Below are positions 21,487-31,498 of a stretch of DNA of 64,000 nucleotides, piece after piece. A program made the position numbers and the translations under genes. Source of the stretch: Candidatus Bathyarchaeota archaeon (GTDB lineage: Archaea; Thermoproteota; Bathyarchaeia; Bathyarchaeales; Bathycorpusculaceae); contig CAVYES010000006.1 in NCBI GenBank assembly GCA_963767735.1, positions 192,001 through 256,000 of the forward strand. The letters run 5' to 3'. The notes beneath the pieces are model-generated. The model did no database searches, had not been told where the DNA came from, and saw only the letters and a list, made by a program, of their open reading frames with translations. Position 1 is the stretch's first letter. Every line of letters begins with the position of its first letter.

Positions 21487-22248
21487 ATGGCTACCTTAAC
21501 TTTGCTGGTTAAAGCTTCCAATGGTGGGCAACTAAAAAAGATTGATGACATGTTGAAATCTGAGTTTGAGAATTTGGATTTAGAAGTAAAAGTTTTAGGC
21601 AACTCCGTTAACAGGTGGGTTCAAGTTTCCTTTTCGGGAGAGGACGAAGTCATAGCTACAAGTTACATCAACAAGAACATAGGCACCTGCCCCGTGAACA
21701 TAAAAAACGTAGACAAATTTTCGGTTTTAAGGGGATACATTTCTAAAGTTGACGCTGACAAACAAGAATTAAAGGTAGATGTAGGCGTCTTTGAGCCAAA
21801 CATAATCCAAGCAACCATTCCTTTAGCTTATTTGCAAGCACAACTTGCAGATGGCAAAAACGTTGATTTAAAGAAAATCTCAGAAGTCTTTGGCTTCTAC
21901 GCGAATTTACCATTAAGCATCAAAATAACTTCCTTAAACGATAAAGATAAGTGGTTGCAATCGGAATTATCGACGGCTCAAATCGAAAAAATCCGTCTGT
22001 GGCATCAATCTCTTTTAGACAGGCTCATTGTGTTGGGTTCATCTATCAGCGAGATCGAGAATGTTCTTGAGCGGACCAGGCTAAACAGGGACGTTATTAG
22101 CACGGAGACGTTAGGGTTATTTGAGCATGCTTTAACCTGTAAACTTGGAACTGACGCGGCTGGTTTAATTCCGAAAATCGGAAGATACATGAAAAACTCA
22201 ACTTTTATTGTTTTTAGTCCAAAGAAGCTTGACAGGATTTATCGGTGA
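21487..22248 (+). CDS. DUF2110-family protein
   Basis: V...GEDE..A..Y, LGLFEH..TCK.GTDA.G.I..IG; usual neighbour of tfe. Confidence 0.75.
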   Translation: MATLTLLVKASNGGQLKKIDDMLKSEFENLDLEVKVLGNSVNRWVQVSFSGEDEVIATSYINKNIGTCPVNIKNVDKFSVLRGYISKVDADKQELKVDVGVFEPNIIQATIPLAYLQAQLADGKNVDLKKISEVFGFYANLPLSIKITSLNDKDKWLQSELSTAQIEKIRLWHQSLLDRLIVLGSSISEIENVLERTRLNRDVISTETLGLFEHALTCKLGTDAAGLIPKIGRYMKNSTFIVFSPKKLDRIYR

Positions 22249-22337
22249 GTCGTCATTAAACTTATTAATAATTTCATTACTAGTTATCACAACTATTATC
22301 CGAAAAAAGGATTATAGGAAGAGAGGGATAAGTTCAA

Positions 22338-22499
22338 ATGAGTCAAGGCGACGAAAGAGAGAGAAAAAAATACAGAATTGATATAGGGGCTTATGGCAGC
22401 ATAGGCATTGAAGCGCCAACAAAGAGAGAGTGTTTGGAGCTCTTCAAAGAAGTCACAAGAACTAAACGTGACTCAAGAATAGACGAAGCAATAAGATAA
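22338..22499 (+). CDS. Small hypothetical protein (53 aa)
   Basis: MSQGDERERKKYRIDIGAYGSIGIEAPTKRECLELFKEVTRTKRDSRIDEAIR with a purine-rich GAGAGGGA upstream. Confidence 0.5.
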   Translation: MSQGDERERKKYRIDIGAYGSIGIEAPTKRECLELFKEVTRTKRDSRIDEAIR

Positions 22500-22898
22500 T
22501 ATCAAGCACTAAATCAATTCTCCTGCTATATTTGCCAAAAATAAAGGCAAATTATAGCTTTTACAGATGCAATTTTAGAGCACATCGTGCTCTTCTTTGC
22601 AATGCCTCTCGTAATCCTCTTTGTTATCGTATATAGATTGGTCCAGAGGGCACTTGAACTTTTTATGTGGTGTCATTTCAGGCTTTGGTATAGTAATTTT
22701 CGGTTCTTTTCTAGCAGGGTCTTCTTTCAAAAAATTCACCTCCAACCAAAAAACGTTCTACAAAACAATTACTAGAAATGCGAGACAATTATTAAAACTA
22801 TGTGATTGTGCATGTCTACCAATTAGCACTCATCCAAAAAATCAATTGTCCCTCTAAATCTAATAACTGAATAAAATTAAAAATTGGTGAATAGACAC

Positions 22899-23318
22899 CT
22901 ATTGAATTTTTTTCAGTGCATCTTCAAGTTGATTGAGACTTTTAACAATCACGTCGGAATGCGCGACAATCCAGGGGCTCAAGCACTCTATTTCCGAAAC
23001 CACTATGATTTTCTTGCCTTTACGCTTGGCGTAAAACAGCTCCATACATGCTCCTGCCGACAGCATTGGCAAATAAACAACCATTATGTCGCATCTGTCA
23101 GCGTCATCTAAATCTCTTTGAATAAAATCAAACGTAGGAACCTTATTCCACCAGCATCTTTCGTTCCCTTTATAGAGGACTTTTTCTCTATTCCACGGAT
23201 CAATAACGTCAAAACCCATCCCAACACAGATTTCAGTAATTTTTCCACGATACTCTTGATTGTTTTCCATGCCCAGAATGGGACCTGATATGAAAACTTG
23301 TTTTTTCATCTCATCCAA
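22899..23318 (-). CDS. Nucleoside 2-deoxyribosyltransferase-like protein
   Basis: VFISGPI, RDLDDADRCDIMVVY, SAGACMELFYAK..GK. Confidence 0.8.
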   Translation of the reverse strand: MDEMKKQVFISGPILGMENNQEYRGKITEICVGMGFDVIDPWNREKVLYKGNERCWWNKVPTFDFIQRDLDDADRCDIMVVYLPMLSAGACMELFYAKRKGKKIIVVSEIECLSPWIVAHSDVIVKSLNQLEDALKKIQ

Positions 23319-23348
23319 CCAAACTGTAGACTATTGAGGGTTTGGAAT

Positions 23349-23403
23349 GTGCCGAGCTTGATTTGAACCCCGAACCTTTGCTCGTAAAGATAGACATCCT
23401 ACA
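23349..23403 (-). pseudogene. Degenerate tRNA-like fragment (Val-TAC-like)
   Basis: Minus strand GTAGGATGTCTATCTTTACGAGCAAAGGTTCGGGGTTCAAATC has a TTACGA anticodon loop and a GGTTCAAATC T-loop, but the stems do not pair. Confidence 0.35.
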
Positions 23404-23669
23404 GTTTTCTTAACCTTTCCCCGACTAGTCTGAAAACTGGATGAGTCAGGGCTATCAGAAGTAGGAACAAAACCCATGAAGCGCAAGGAGGTAACTAATC
23501 GTTGTAGTTAAGATTTTACTGCCTGATTTATGTCGCGCGCTGCTCTGTCTCTAATTTTTGGTGTGTTATTGTTTGTGCAGAATACATTGTTGTGTCGCAA
23601 ATTTTTGTTCAGGCTGTTTTGGGTTGCTTTTTTAATTTAGGCTTGGTTTTGTTTGCAGGTTGTGTTCAT

Positions 23670-23723
23670 TTTTGTGTAAATTTGTGTCGAATTGTGCGGA
23701 TTTGTGCCGGATTGTGCCGGATT
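23670..23723. repeat. About five imperfect 10-bp tandem repeats (TTGTGCCGGA-like)
   Basis: tttgtgtaaa tttgtgtcga attgtgcgga tttgtgccgg attgtgccgg att. Confidence 0.55.
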
Positions 23724-24066
23724 ATTGAAGAGTCGCTCTGCGTAGTTTTGCGGCAAATTTTGAACAAGCCGTTCTAAGCTGCTTTTTTGGTTTAGGGTTT
23801 AAACTGTTTGTAAGTTGCGTCGCTAAAAGTCTGGAAAAGTCCAAATTCGTACAAAAAAGTCTGAAGGTCATTCTCGTTTATGAACCTACAAGGGTGAAAA
23901 CCATCTTACAAAGCAGGAAACGAATGAGGCTAAAAAATGCTAATTCATTGATGATAAAATTGTTGCTAATATAAAGTTAAACACCTCCAAATGAGGGTAT
24001 GGCATATTGGTTAAGCCAGCTTGCGAACAAACATTTATGTGACGTTACTGGGCGCCAAGGAAAAAA

Positions 24067-25374
24067 TTAAGATTGGTTAGGTGCGAATTCCCAAGCGATA
24101 TTTCCTTTCCAGATCTCCCCTAACTTTGTTATTCTAACCTCTTTGTCGTCAATTTCAATTAATCCTTTATCTTTTAGTTTTTGAAGCTGCTTTGGAAAAA
24201 CTTTTTCTGGTGTGGTGCCGAATTTTTGCATAAATTCTTTTTTGCTAACTGGCAGCCGTAGGTATAATCGGGTCATTGTCCGTCTCATCATATCTTCGGT
24301 AGTTGACTCTGAAAGTCTACTTATGGGTAGTTTTCCTTCTTTTACAGCTGTCATGTAATCGTTTATGTTTTCAATGTTAGAGTAAGAAAACTTTTGCAGA
24401 TACCCCATGAAGCAGCCTGCGCCCGTTGTCAGTATGCCTCCCCATGGCCAACCGTTTAGGCAGTTCTCTCGCATGTGCCACTCTACTCTGCTGAAGCGGT
24501 CATGACCAACTGCCTTGTAGCCTGCTTCAGTCAGCATTTTGTAGGCGGTAAGGTACATTTGCTTTTCATATTCTGCACCGCCAGTAGGCGGAGAAACTCC
24601 AGTCTTAATCATTTTTTCAAGTGCGGTGCCTGAATCAACATGTAACGAATAAGTATCGATCTCGACATCGAGTTCAATCGTCTTCTTTAGCGTGCTGATC
24701 CAGCTTTCCATTGTCTGTCCTGGAAGATTGTACATGAGGTCCACGCATACGCACAGGTTCAGTTTTCGTGCGTGCCGAATGGCTTTTTCAACGTCAGCTG
24801 CACTGTCGGGTAAGCAAAGCATTTTTCGTAGTCGGTCGTCAAATGTTTGCGCCCCCATATCCACTTGATACACGCCGTACTCGGCGAGTTTATCAATTTT
24901 CTTAAGCGCAAGCGTCTTTGAGGAACCGGTCACCTTGATAAAATATTCCTTATTAATATTGAAATTTGCTTTGCAGAAGTCAATGAGGTCAATCATCTGC
25001 TCAGCAGCCAAGACACTAGGTGTTCCACCCCCTAAAACTATTTCATCAAATACGCTTGTCTTCACATATTTGGTTTTGGCGTACATTTCGAGCTCTTTCT
25101 TGAGGAGTTCAAGATACGGCTCTATCTTCACTTTGCTTGTGGCGGTGGTTGGAAAATAGCAGAAAGCGCATCTTGAGTCGCAAACAGAAATCCACGGTTG
25201 AAGCTCCATTAATCTTCCTGACGTATTCTCAGTAGTCAAGAACTCCATGAACGCTTTATACGTTTCAGGTTTAATGCCTGGATAATCCCTATACGTGTAA
25301 GGCGGCCAATTTTCACGCGAGGCGTAAACTTCTGACTTGCCTTTTTCAAGCTCAGAGTTTTTTTCCATCAACAA
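24067..25374 (-). CDS. HemN-like (class C) radical SAM protein
   Basis: CDSRCAFC, LGGGTPS, GAQTFDD, DLMYNLPGQT, C-terminal HemN_C-like region. Confidence 0.85.
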   Translation of the reverse strand: MLMEKNSELEKGKSEVYASRENWPPYTYRDYPGIKPETYKAFMEFLTTENTSGRLMELQPWISVCDSRCAFCYFPTTATSKVKIEPYLELLKKELEMYAKTKYVKTSVFDEIVLGGGTPSVLAAEQMIDLIDFCKANFNINKEYFIKVTGSSKTLALKKIDKLAEYGVYQVDMGAQTFDDRLRKMLCLPDSAADVEKAIRHARKLNLCVCVDLMYNLPGQTMESWISTLKKTIELDVEIDTYSLHVDSGTALEKMIKTGVSPPTGGAEYEKQMYLTAYKMLTEAGYKAVGHDRFSRVEWHMRENCLNGWPWGGILTTGAGCFMGYLQKFSYSNIENINDYMTAVKEGKLPISRLSESTTEDMMRRTMTRLYLRLPVSKKEFMQKFGTTPEKVFPKQLQKLKDKGLIEIDDKEVRITKLGEIWKGNIAWEFAPNQS

Positions 25375-25508
25375 TCCCCTTGATTGTCTTTTTAAAACGG
25401 TTTGATAACATAATAAAGATTACGTTAAAACGCCAAATTAACTAAAAAAGTGCCAGTTAACATCTTTAGCCAAAAGTGCACCGCTCCGACAAGACAAGAT
25501 CTATGTTG

Positions 25509-26612
25509 CTATTTGCTTCTTTTCCTGAAAACCCATGCAGCTACGGCTATAGCAGTTATTGTTATTGCAGCGGCTCCAACAGTTAGACTTGTGTCAAATG
25601 AAGCCGCATTTTTGTTCGGTTGCGATGGCGAAGCCGTGGGAAGTGATGATGGCGGGGTGTTAGATATTTCCAAATAGCCCATTATTGTGCAGTACGCTAT
25701 TTGTCCATTGTCTGCCCAGACCCCCACTTCGACGCCGTTAGCAGGAACGTTGACCGTACCATTATTCGAGTAAAATTGGATCACCCAGATTGGTCGCAAC
25801 GTAAGATTGTCAACATCTCCAATCAATGCCGCTTGAGGATTATCAGTCAAAGTAACGGTGACGTTTGGGTCATCTGTGTTGGCTGCATTCCACGCGAGGT
25901 TTTCAGCTTTCTGCTCTGGCACGTTTATACTTAAGCTGTTGCTTGTTTGATAAAAGCTCCACTTATCGCTGAAAGATGTTAGAATTCCGCTTGAAAACAC
26001 CAAGCTAAGGCACTTCTGGTCGTAGTCAACTCCATCAGCCACGTAATGCCAATTTAGCGTTGTCGAACCGTCATCGACCTCTATTGTGCACTTAAGATTA
26101 CCCGTGGTTACGGTGGCGTTGTTCAAACCGTTCAGGCTTGGATTGGTATCCAACATATTTAGCATCGGCTGCACGTAGGCTGCTTCATTGTAGTTCTCAT
26201 AACTTTGCAGAACCCACTTGACTTCCCCAAGAACGGTCGAGGGTTCTGCCTGAGAATAAAGAGGCGAAACAGTGGAACCGTCATAAGTCCATAATCCGCA
26301 AAGTTCCAAAGTGCCGTTTACGAACGTGAAAGTTGCTGCTAAGCTGTGAGTAGACGTCAACGTCAGGTTGACAGTGATGCTTTCCACTGGTAATCCTTCA
26401 AAACCCGTGTTAGGAGGAGCCGCTGAACTTGGGGCATAAGCAACTACTGTTTTATCGTAACTGGACATGTTAAAATCAAGCACGTTGGCCAAAAAGGAAT
26501 AAGCCTGATTTTGCGCCGTTGCTTCAATCGAGTAGACTCTAGGCACACCTGCGAATAATAGAATTGAAGCTATTAGCAGAATCAAAATCAGACGGCAGTT
26601 TTTTTTATCCAT
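25509..26612 (-). CDS. Secreted, C-terminally anchored protein with a PepSY-like segment
   Basis: Signal peptide; EQKAENLA...LRPIWVIQF...VGVWADNGQI; Pro/Ser linker, TM helix and RKRSK tail. Confidence 0.65.
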   Translation of the reverse strand: MDKKNCRLILILLIASILLFAGVPRVYSIEATAQNQAYSFLANVLDFNMSSYDKTVVAYAPSSAAPPNTGFEGLPVESITVNLTLTSTHSLAATFTFVNGTLELCGLWTYDGSTVSPLYSQAEPSTVLGEVKWVLQSYENYNEAAYVQPMLNMLDTNPSLNGLNNATVTTGNLKCTIEVDDGSTTLNWHYVADGVDYDQKCLSLVFSSGILTSFSDKWSFYQTSNSLSINVPEQKAENLAWNAANTDDPNVTVTLTDNPQAALIGDVDNLTLRPIWVIQFYSNNGTVNVPANGVEVGVWADNGQIAYCTIMGYLEISNTPPSSLPTASPSQPNKNAASFDTSLTVGAAAITITAIAVAAWVFRKRSK

Positions 26613-26625
26613 AATTTAGGCTCTC

Positions 26626-27549
26626 CTAGCTAACGTTTGGGAGCACCAAGTTGCCATCACCTATAACAACCATTACGCCTGGAAAATACGTCCATGCCCC
26701 GTTCATTTGCTGGTATTCCATGTATCCCTCGTATAGAGGGTTCATGCTGAACAAAGGTTGCGTCGCATTCAACGCGTTTGACGCATAGTTAAGAGCCATA
26801 GTTACAGAGGTGCCGCAGTCGACGAAGTAATAATAAAAGTAATCGACAAAGGTAGCATAAGTTTCTCCAACTACGTTCTCGTAGGGGTCAGAGAGGTTTT
26901 TAGCGCAACCGTTGAAGCCTATGTAGCATATTCCACTGTTGTCGGCGCCGGCGCCATAGCCGTTAAGGCTAAGTCCGGTAGTTTGGGTGAATGCGTATGG
27001 CATTCCGACTGGGCCCGTATTGTTTTGTGTATCCCAGTATCCGTAGATTGTTTTGCCGTTTTGGGTCCATTCGTCTCCGTTCATGCATGTCCAAATGAAA
27101 GTGAACTTATTTTTTGAGCCGTTAGCAATGTTGTAAATTTTGGAGTCTTGAATGGCGTTGGAGACAGCGCCAGAGTTGCTTCCGTAATAGTAAAAGTGCC
27201 AAGTATTGCATGTTGGTTGATATTGAAAGCCGTTGCCGGTGGAAAACCACGCTAGAAAATCATCGGCACTGCTGTTATCAACGTTACTCATGCAAGCATA
27301 TGCATTAGTGGCGGTAGTTTGGTTTGCTGAAAACCACAAGCTGTCCCAATTAGCAGAGAGCGAGTTGAAAGTGCTGTTTATGTAATTGCACACCGCATCT
27401 TCGGCGTTCTGTTCGCCACTGGGCTGCAAGTAATATGTCTCCCAGACAGTGTTAACATGCATTCCTTGCACACGTTGCTGGGTTAGCGAAGCTACTAAGA
27501 AACTAAGCAACATAAGGACGCATATTATAGTCACGTAGGTTCTTTTCAC
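26626..27549 (-). CDS. Secreted protein, possibly caspase/gingipain-like fold (DUF6345-like)
   Basis: Signal peptide; DFLAWFSTGNG...FTFIWTC...CYIGF...VVIGD. Confidence 0.55.
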   Translation of the reverse strand: MKRTYVTIICVLMLLSFLVASLTQQRVQGMHVNTVWETYYLQPSGEQNAEDAVCNYINSTFNSLSANWDSLWFSANQTTATNAYACMSNVDNSSADDFLAWFSTGNGFQYQPTCNTWHFYYYGSNSGAVSNAIQDSKIYNIANGSKNKFTFIWTCMNGDEWTQNGKTIYGYWDTQNNTGPVGMPYAFTQTTGLSLNGYGAGADNSGICYIGFNGCAKNLSDPYENVVGETYATFVDYFYYYFVDCGTSVTMALNYASNALNATQPLFSMNPLYEGYMEYQQMNGAWTYFPGVMVVIGDGNLVLPNVS

Positions 27550-27845
27550 ATGCTTTGCTCCATATGTTTGTTATCTTTATGCTCTTCCTTAGTGGCTTGG
27601 CGGCGGCATGCTCAAAGGACAGTCAACTCGGGCTCCACTAACATTATTGAGTATTGCGTAAGCGTTAGAACTAAGAAGTACCGTTACTAGAATCGCTTAT
27701 AAATGCTATTATATTTAGGACATAACCAGTTGAAATGTTGCAGCAGGAACTTTTGGCTTTAGACTTGGCAGAACTTATCTTTGTGCAAGAGCTGCTTGTA
27801 ATTGCAGGTATTTTTCTCTTAAAAACCGGGTCTAATCTCAAACTA

Positions 27846-30086
27846 CTATCTCTTATGCTTCTTTTTAAATAGCACAATTGCCGATGCCACAGACGATGCT
27901 GTAATTACCGCTAAAATTGCCGAAATGGGGACTGCATTTGATGACGAATAAGTCTGTTTGCTTGATAAGGAACCAAACGCATAGAGTATATGGTTGTATG
28001 AGCCAACGTAAACTATGCTGTTGGCTATGGCGGGTGAAGAGACAACCATTCCTCCTGTTCCATAACTCCAAATGCAAGCGCCCGTCAAAGCGTCCAAGGC
28101 ATAAATTTTGCCATCGTAGGAACCAACGTAAACTATTCCACTTGCTACTGCAGGCGAAGAAGCAACCTCTCCTCCGGTTTCGTAACCCCACAGGAATTTT
28201 CCGTTAGATGCGTCCAGAGCATAAACCTTGTTGTCCCCTGAACCCACATAGACCTCGCCATTAGCTATGGCAGGTGAAGAAGCTACAACTCCGCTCGTGG
28301 AATAATTCCAAACCAGCAGCCCTGTTACAGCATTTAAAGCGTAAATATTGTGGTCATATGAACCCACGTAAACTATGCCATTGGCAACCGCAGGAGATGA
28401 AACCACATAACCGTTCGTATTGAACTTCCAAATTAAAGCTCCATTCAAAGCATTCAACGAATATACATTATCATCATTAGAGCCAATGTAAATTCTGCCG
28501 TCGTAAACTGCAGGAGATGAAACTGTTATTTGCCCGCCTGTAGTATACTTCCAAACAAAAGCTCCATTCGAGGCATCCAAAGCGTAAACACTGCCGTCTT
28601 CTGAACCCACATAAACTACGTCGTTATTCACTGAAGGAGAAGAAATCACTGGACCGCCCGTTTTATAACTCCAAATGTACTGTCCCGTTGTAGCGTTTAA
28701 GGCATAGACGTAACTGTTATATGAGCCTACGTAAACTGCTCCGTCAGCAACCGCCGGAGAAGAGAACATTATCATGCCACCAGTAGAATAGCTCCACACA
28801 ACATTGTTATGAAGCTCCAAATTGAAACCAACCATACCCGTCGACGCATTCAAGGCATAAACCACTCCATCATGAGAACCAACATATGCTAAACCACCCG
28901 CTACAGTCGGGGACGAATCAATCTCGCCGCCAGTAGCATAGCTCCAAACAAAGCCGCCGTCCGTTGCGTTCAAAGCATAAAGCTTTCCGTCCCACGATCC
29001 CACATAAACCATGCCATTGGCAACGGCTGGACGAGAAACCACAATATCATCTGTCACGTAGTTCCACATTAGCTCGCCGTTTGACGTATTCAGAGCATAA
29101 ACTTTGTTATCCTCTGAACCAACGTAAACCACGCCACCCGATACCGTTGGAGAAGATGCCACAACACCACCCGTTGTGTAGTTCCAAACGTATTTGCCGT
29201 TAGAGGCGTTCAAAGCGTAAACCCTATTGTCTGCTGATCCTATGAAAACTAAACCGTCAAGAACGTCTGGAGACGAGTAAACCGCACCGCCAGTGGTGAA
29301 GTTCCACAAAGACTTGCCACTTGAAGCGTCTAAGGCGTACACCTTATCATCTGATGAACCCACGTAAACTATGCCGTTGAAGACCGCTGGGGAAGAAGAT
29401 ATTTCGCCGTCCGTCAAGTAGTTCCAAACGAGTTTGCCGTCTGTCGAGTTTAGCGCGTAAATCTTGTCGTCTAATGAGCCAACATAGGTTATGCCTTCAC
29501 TCACGACAACTGAAGATAACATTATTCTGTCGCCAGTCGCATAGTTCCATATGTAAGCTCCCGTGGTGGCGTTCAAAGCGTAAACACTGTCGTCTTCTGA
29601 ACCAAAATAAACGATTCCGTTTGCAACAATTGGGTCTGAATCAACATAATATCCTGTTGTGTAGTTCCACAGTTCGTCGCCATTAACTGCGTTAAAGGCG
29701 TAAAGGTTATGGTCCTCTGAACCAACGTAAACTACGCCGTCAACCACAGCGGGACGAGAAATCACTATGCCGCCGGTAGGTGAATCCCATATTATTTCCC
29801 CCGTGGAGGCGTTAAAAGCGTAAACCTCACGGTCATACGACCCTACATACACCACGCCGTCAACTACCGAGGGTGAACCCACTTGACCACCAGTATTAAA
29901 TGTCCACAAAGTCTGGTTCGTTTCCGGCCCTAGCGAATTTGAATATCCCACATGAGCTACATCATCTTGAAACATGGGCCATGAATCCATGCTCACCTGG
30001 TTTCCCGCGGAAGCGACACTTTCTAAAATGCCTGAGGCTAAAAATAGCGCAATCAAGACAAGGCAAACACTAGCGGTTCTTTTCAT
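27846..30086 (-). CDS. Membrane-anchored PQQ-like (BamB/AfsK-type) beta-propeller protein with 16 repeats
   Basis: WPMFQ.D..H.G followed by 16 copies of SSPAV.NG.VYVGS.D..VYALNA.TG..VWNY.TGG; signal peptide; TM helix and KKKHKR tail. Confidence 0.9.
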   Translation of the reverse strand: MKRTASVCLVLIALFLASGILESVASAGNQVSMDSWPMFQDDVAHVGYSNSLGPETNQTLWTFNTGGQVGSPSVVDGVVYVGSYDREVYAFNASTGEIIWDSPTGGIVISRPAVVDGVVYVGSEDHNLYAFNAVNGDELWNYTTGYYVDSDPIVANGIVYFGSEDDSVYALNATTGAYIWNYATGDRIMLSSVVVSEGITYVGSLDDKIYALNSTDGKLVWNYLTDGEISSSPAVFNGIVYVGSSDDKVYALDASSGKSLWNFTTGGAVYSSPDVLDGLVFIGSADNRVYALNASNGKYVWNYTTGGVVASSPTVSGGVVYVGSEDNKVYALNTSNGELMWNYVTDDIVVSRPAVANGMVYVGSWDGKLYALNATDGGFVWSYATGGEIDSSPTVAGGLAYVGSHDGVVYALNASTGMVGFNLELHNNVVWSYSTGGMIMFSSPAVADGAVYVGSYNSYVYALNATTGQYIWSYKTGGPVISSPSVNNDVVYVGSEDGSVYALDASNGAFVWKYTTGGQITVSSPAVYDGRIYIGSNDDNVYSLNALNGALIWKFNTNGYVVSSPAVANGIVYVGSYDHNIYALNAVTGLLVWNYSTSGVVASSPAIANGEVYVGSGDNKVYALDASNGKFLWGYETGGEVASSPAVASGIVYVGSYDGKIYALDALTGACIWSYGTGGMVVSSPAIANSIVYVGSYNHILYAFGSLSSKQTYSSSNAVPISAILAVITASSVASAIVLFKKKHKR

Positions 30087-30169
30087 TTTTACTCTTATCT
30101 ATCTTCGGCTCTTATCCGCTTAAAGACATTTTCTTTTATAGTCTAATAAATGAGAAACGAGAAGTTGCG

Positions 30170-31243
30170 CTATTTCTTGCGAAGACTTTCAGGTACATAC
30201 ACGCATGCTGGATCAGATTCGTAAATGTCCTCCGTGTAAGCGAATGCTCTGTTTCTGCAGCCTCCACAAAGTTCTCGATATTCGCAGACTCCGCATTTCC
30301 CCTTCAGAACATTTCTATCCTGGAAGCTCCTGTAATACTTCGATTCCTGAATTTCTTTCCATGCCGTCGTAAGGCTTTTTTCTCTAATGTTTCCCAGCAT
30401 CATTGGTTCTGAAGGCCGAAGATCGGTGTAGAAGCACGGTATTAAATCGCCATTCTCAGTTACACTCAAGTATCCGCCAAAAGCAAAATAGGTGCATTTG
30501 CCGTGAAACTTATGTTCGTACCACTCGTCAAAATTCGCGGGGTTCCTTTGTTTCACAACACGCGCATAATGTGGGCAATGTACATGAATTTCAAATTTGC
30601 CTTCGTACTTCTGAGTTAAATCCCATATGTGATTAAGCGTCCACTCGTACTGCTCAGGAGTCGGGGTTAACTCCATTGTTTCTTTTGCTCTTCCGCTAGG
30701 AACAAGATGGTTAAACCAAACAAAGTTCGCATGGTATTGCTCAGCTAACTCTGCGACGTGGTCTAAATGCTTATAGTTTATGGTTGTAATTGCGCATGCT
30801 AAACCGTTTAGAATTTTACCTTTCGATAACTTCTCGATAGCTGCCAACGCCTTTTTGTATGATCCTTTTCCTCTTAATTGATCGTTGATTTCTTCTGGTC
30901 CATCTATGCTTACAGATGTCCAAACTTGATTTTTTACCAAGTTATCGTAAATTTTTCCATCCACAAAGCATCCGTTAGTTAACAAGCACACGTTGAGACC
31001 TAGACTTTTTGCGTGATCTACAATTTCGAAGATGTCTTCACGCATTAGGGGTTCGCCGCCTTTTATGCCGAACCATCTTACGCCGAAGTTATGAACCTCA
31101 TCCACTAACTGTAGCGCCTCTTTTGTGGTCATTTCTCGTGGGGCATGCTTACCAGTAGCGTCAACATTGCAGTATTTGCAACGGGCATTGCAAGCGCCTG
31201 TTGCCCTCCAAGAAGTCATAAGTAACGGACCTTTACTTGTCAA
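30170..31243 (-). CDS. Radical SAM/SPASM protein (PqqE/NirJ/AhbD-like)
   Basis: CNARCKYC, GGEPLMR, SPASM C..C.Y...CGGCRNRA...DPAC. Confidence 0.9.
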   Translation of the reverse strand: MTSKGPLLMTSWRATGACNARCKYCNVDATGKHAPREMTTKEALQLVDEVHNFGVRWFGIKGGEPLMREDIFEIVDHAKSLGLNVCLLTNGCFVDGKIYDNLVKNQVWTSVSIDGPEEINDQLRGKGSYKKALAAIEKLSKGKILNGLACAITTINYKHLDHVAELAEQYHANFVWFNHLVPSGRAKETMELTPTPEQYEWTLNHIWDLTQKYEGKFEIHVHCPHYARVVKQRNPANFDEWYEHKFHGKCTYFAFGGYLSVTENGDLIPCFYTDLRPSEPMMLGNIREKSLTTAWKEIQESKYYRSFQDRNVLKGKCGVCEYRELCGGCRNRAFAYTEDIYESDPACVYVPESLRKK

Positions 31244-31498
31244 AGTTTAAAATCCACCCTCAAATTCTCTTCGCTGACTCATCATTTATCTTAACGTTTC
31301 TTTTCAACTTAAAAAAGATTGTGCGAGGCTATCTTGTTTTGTTTTTTGCGTTATCTTTGCAATTTTTCTGTCTCAACGTAGCTGAAATTAGGGAATTATA
31401 AGTTTCCGTAAGGTTTATAGTGAAAATCATCATCATACCATTATCGGGTGGCAAGGCTTTAACCTCTTAATTGGAAATATCTCTATCATAAATAATGG

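Noticed and set aside
23349-23403. Functional tRNA
   Set aside because: Acceptor, anticodon and T stems do not pair and there is no 5' half
23670-23723. CRISPR array
   Set aside because: 10-bp tandem units without spacers and no cas genes
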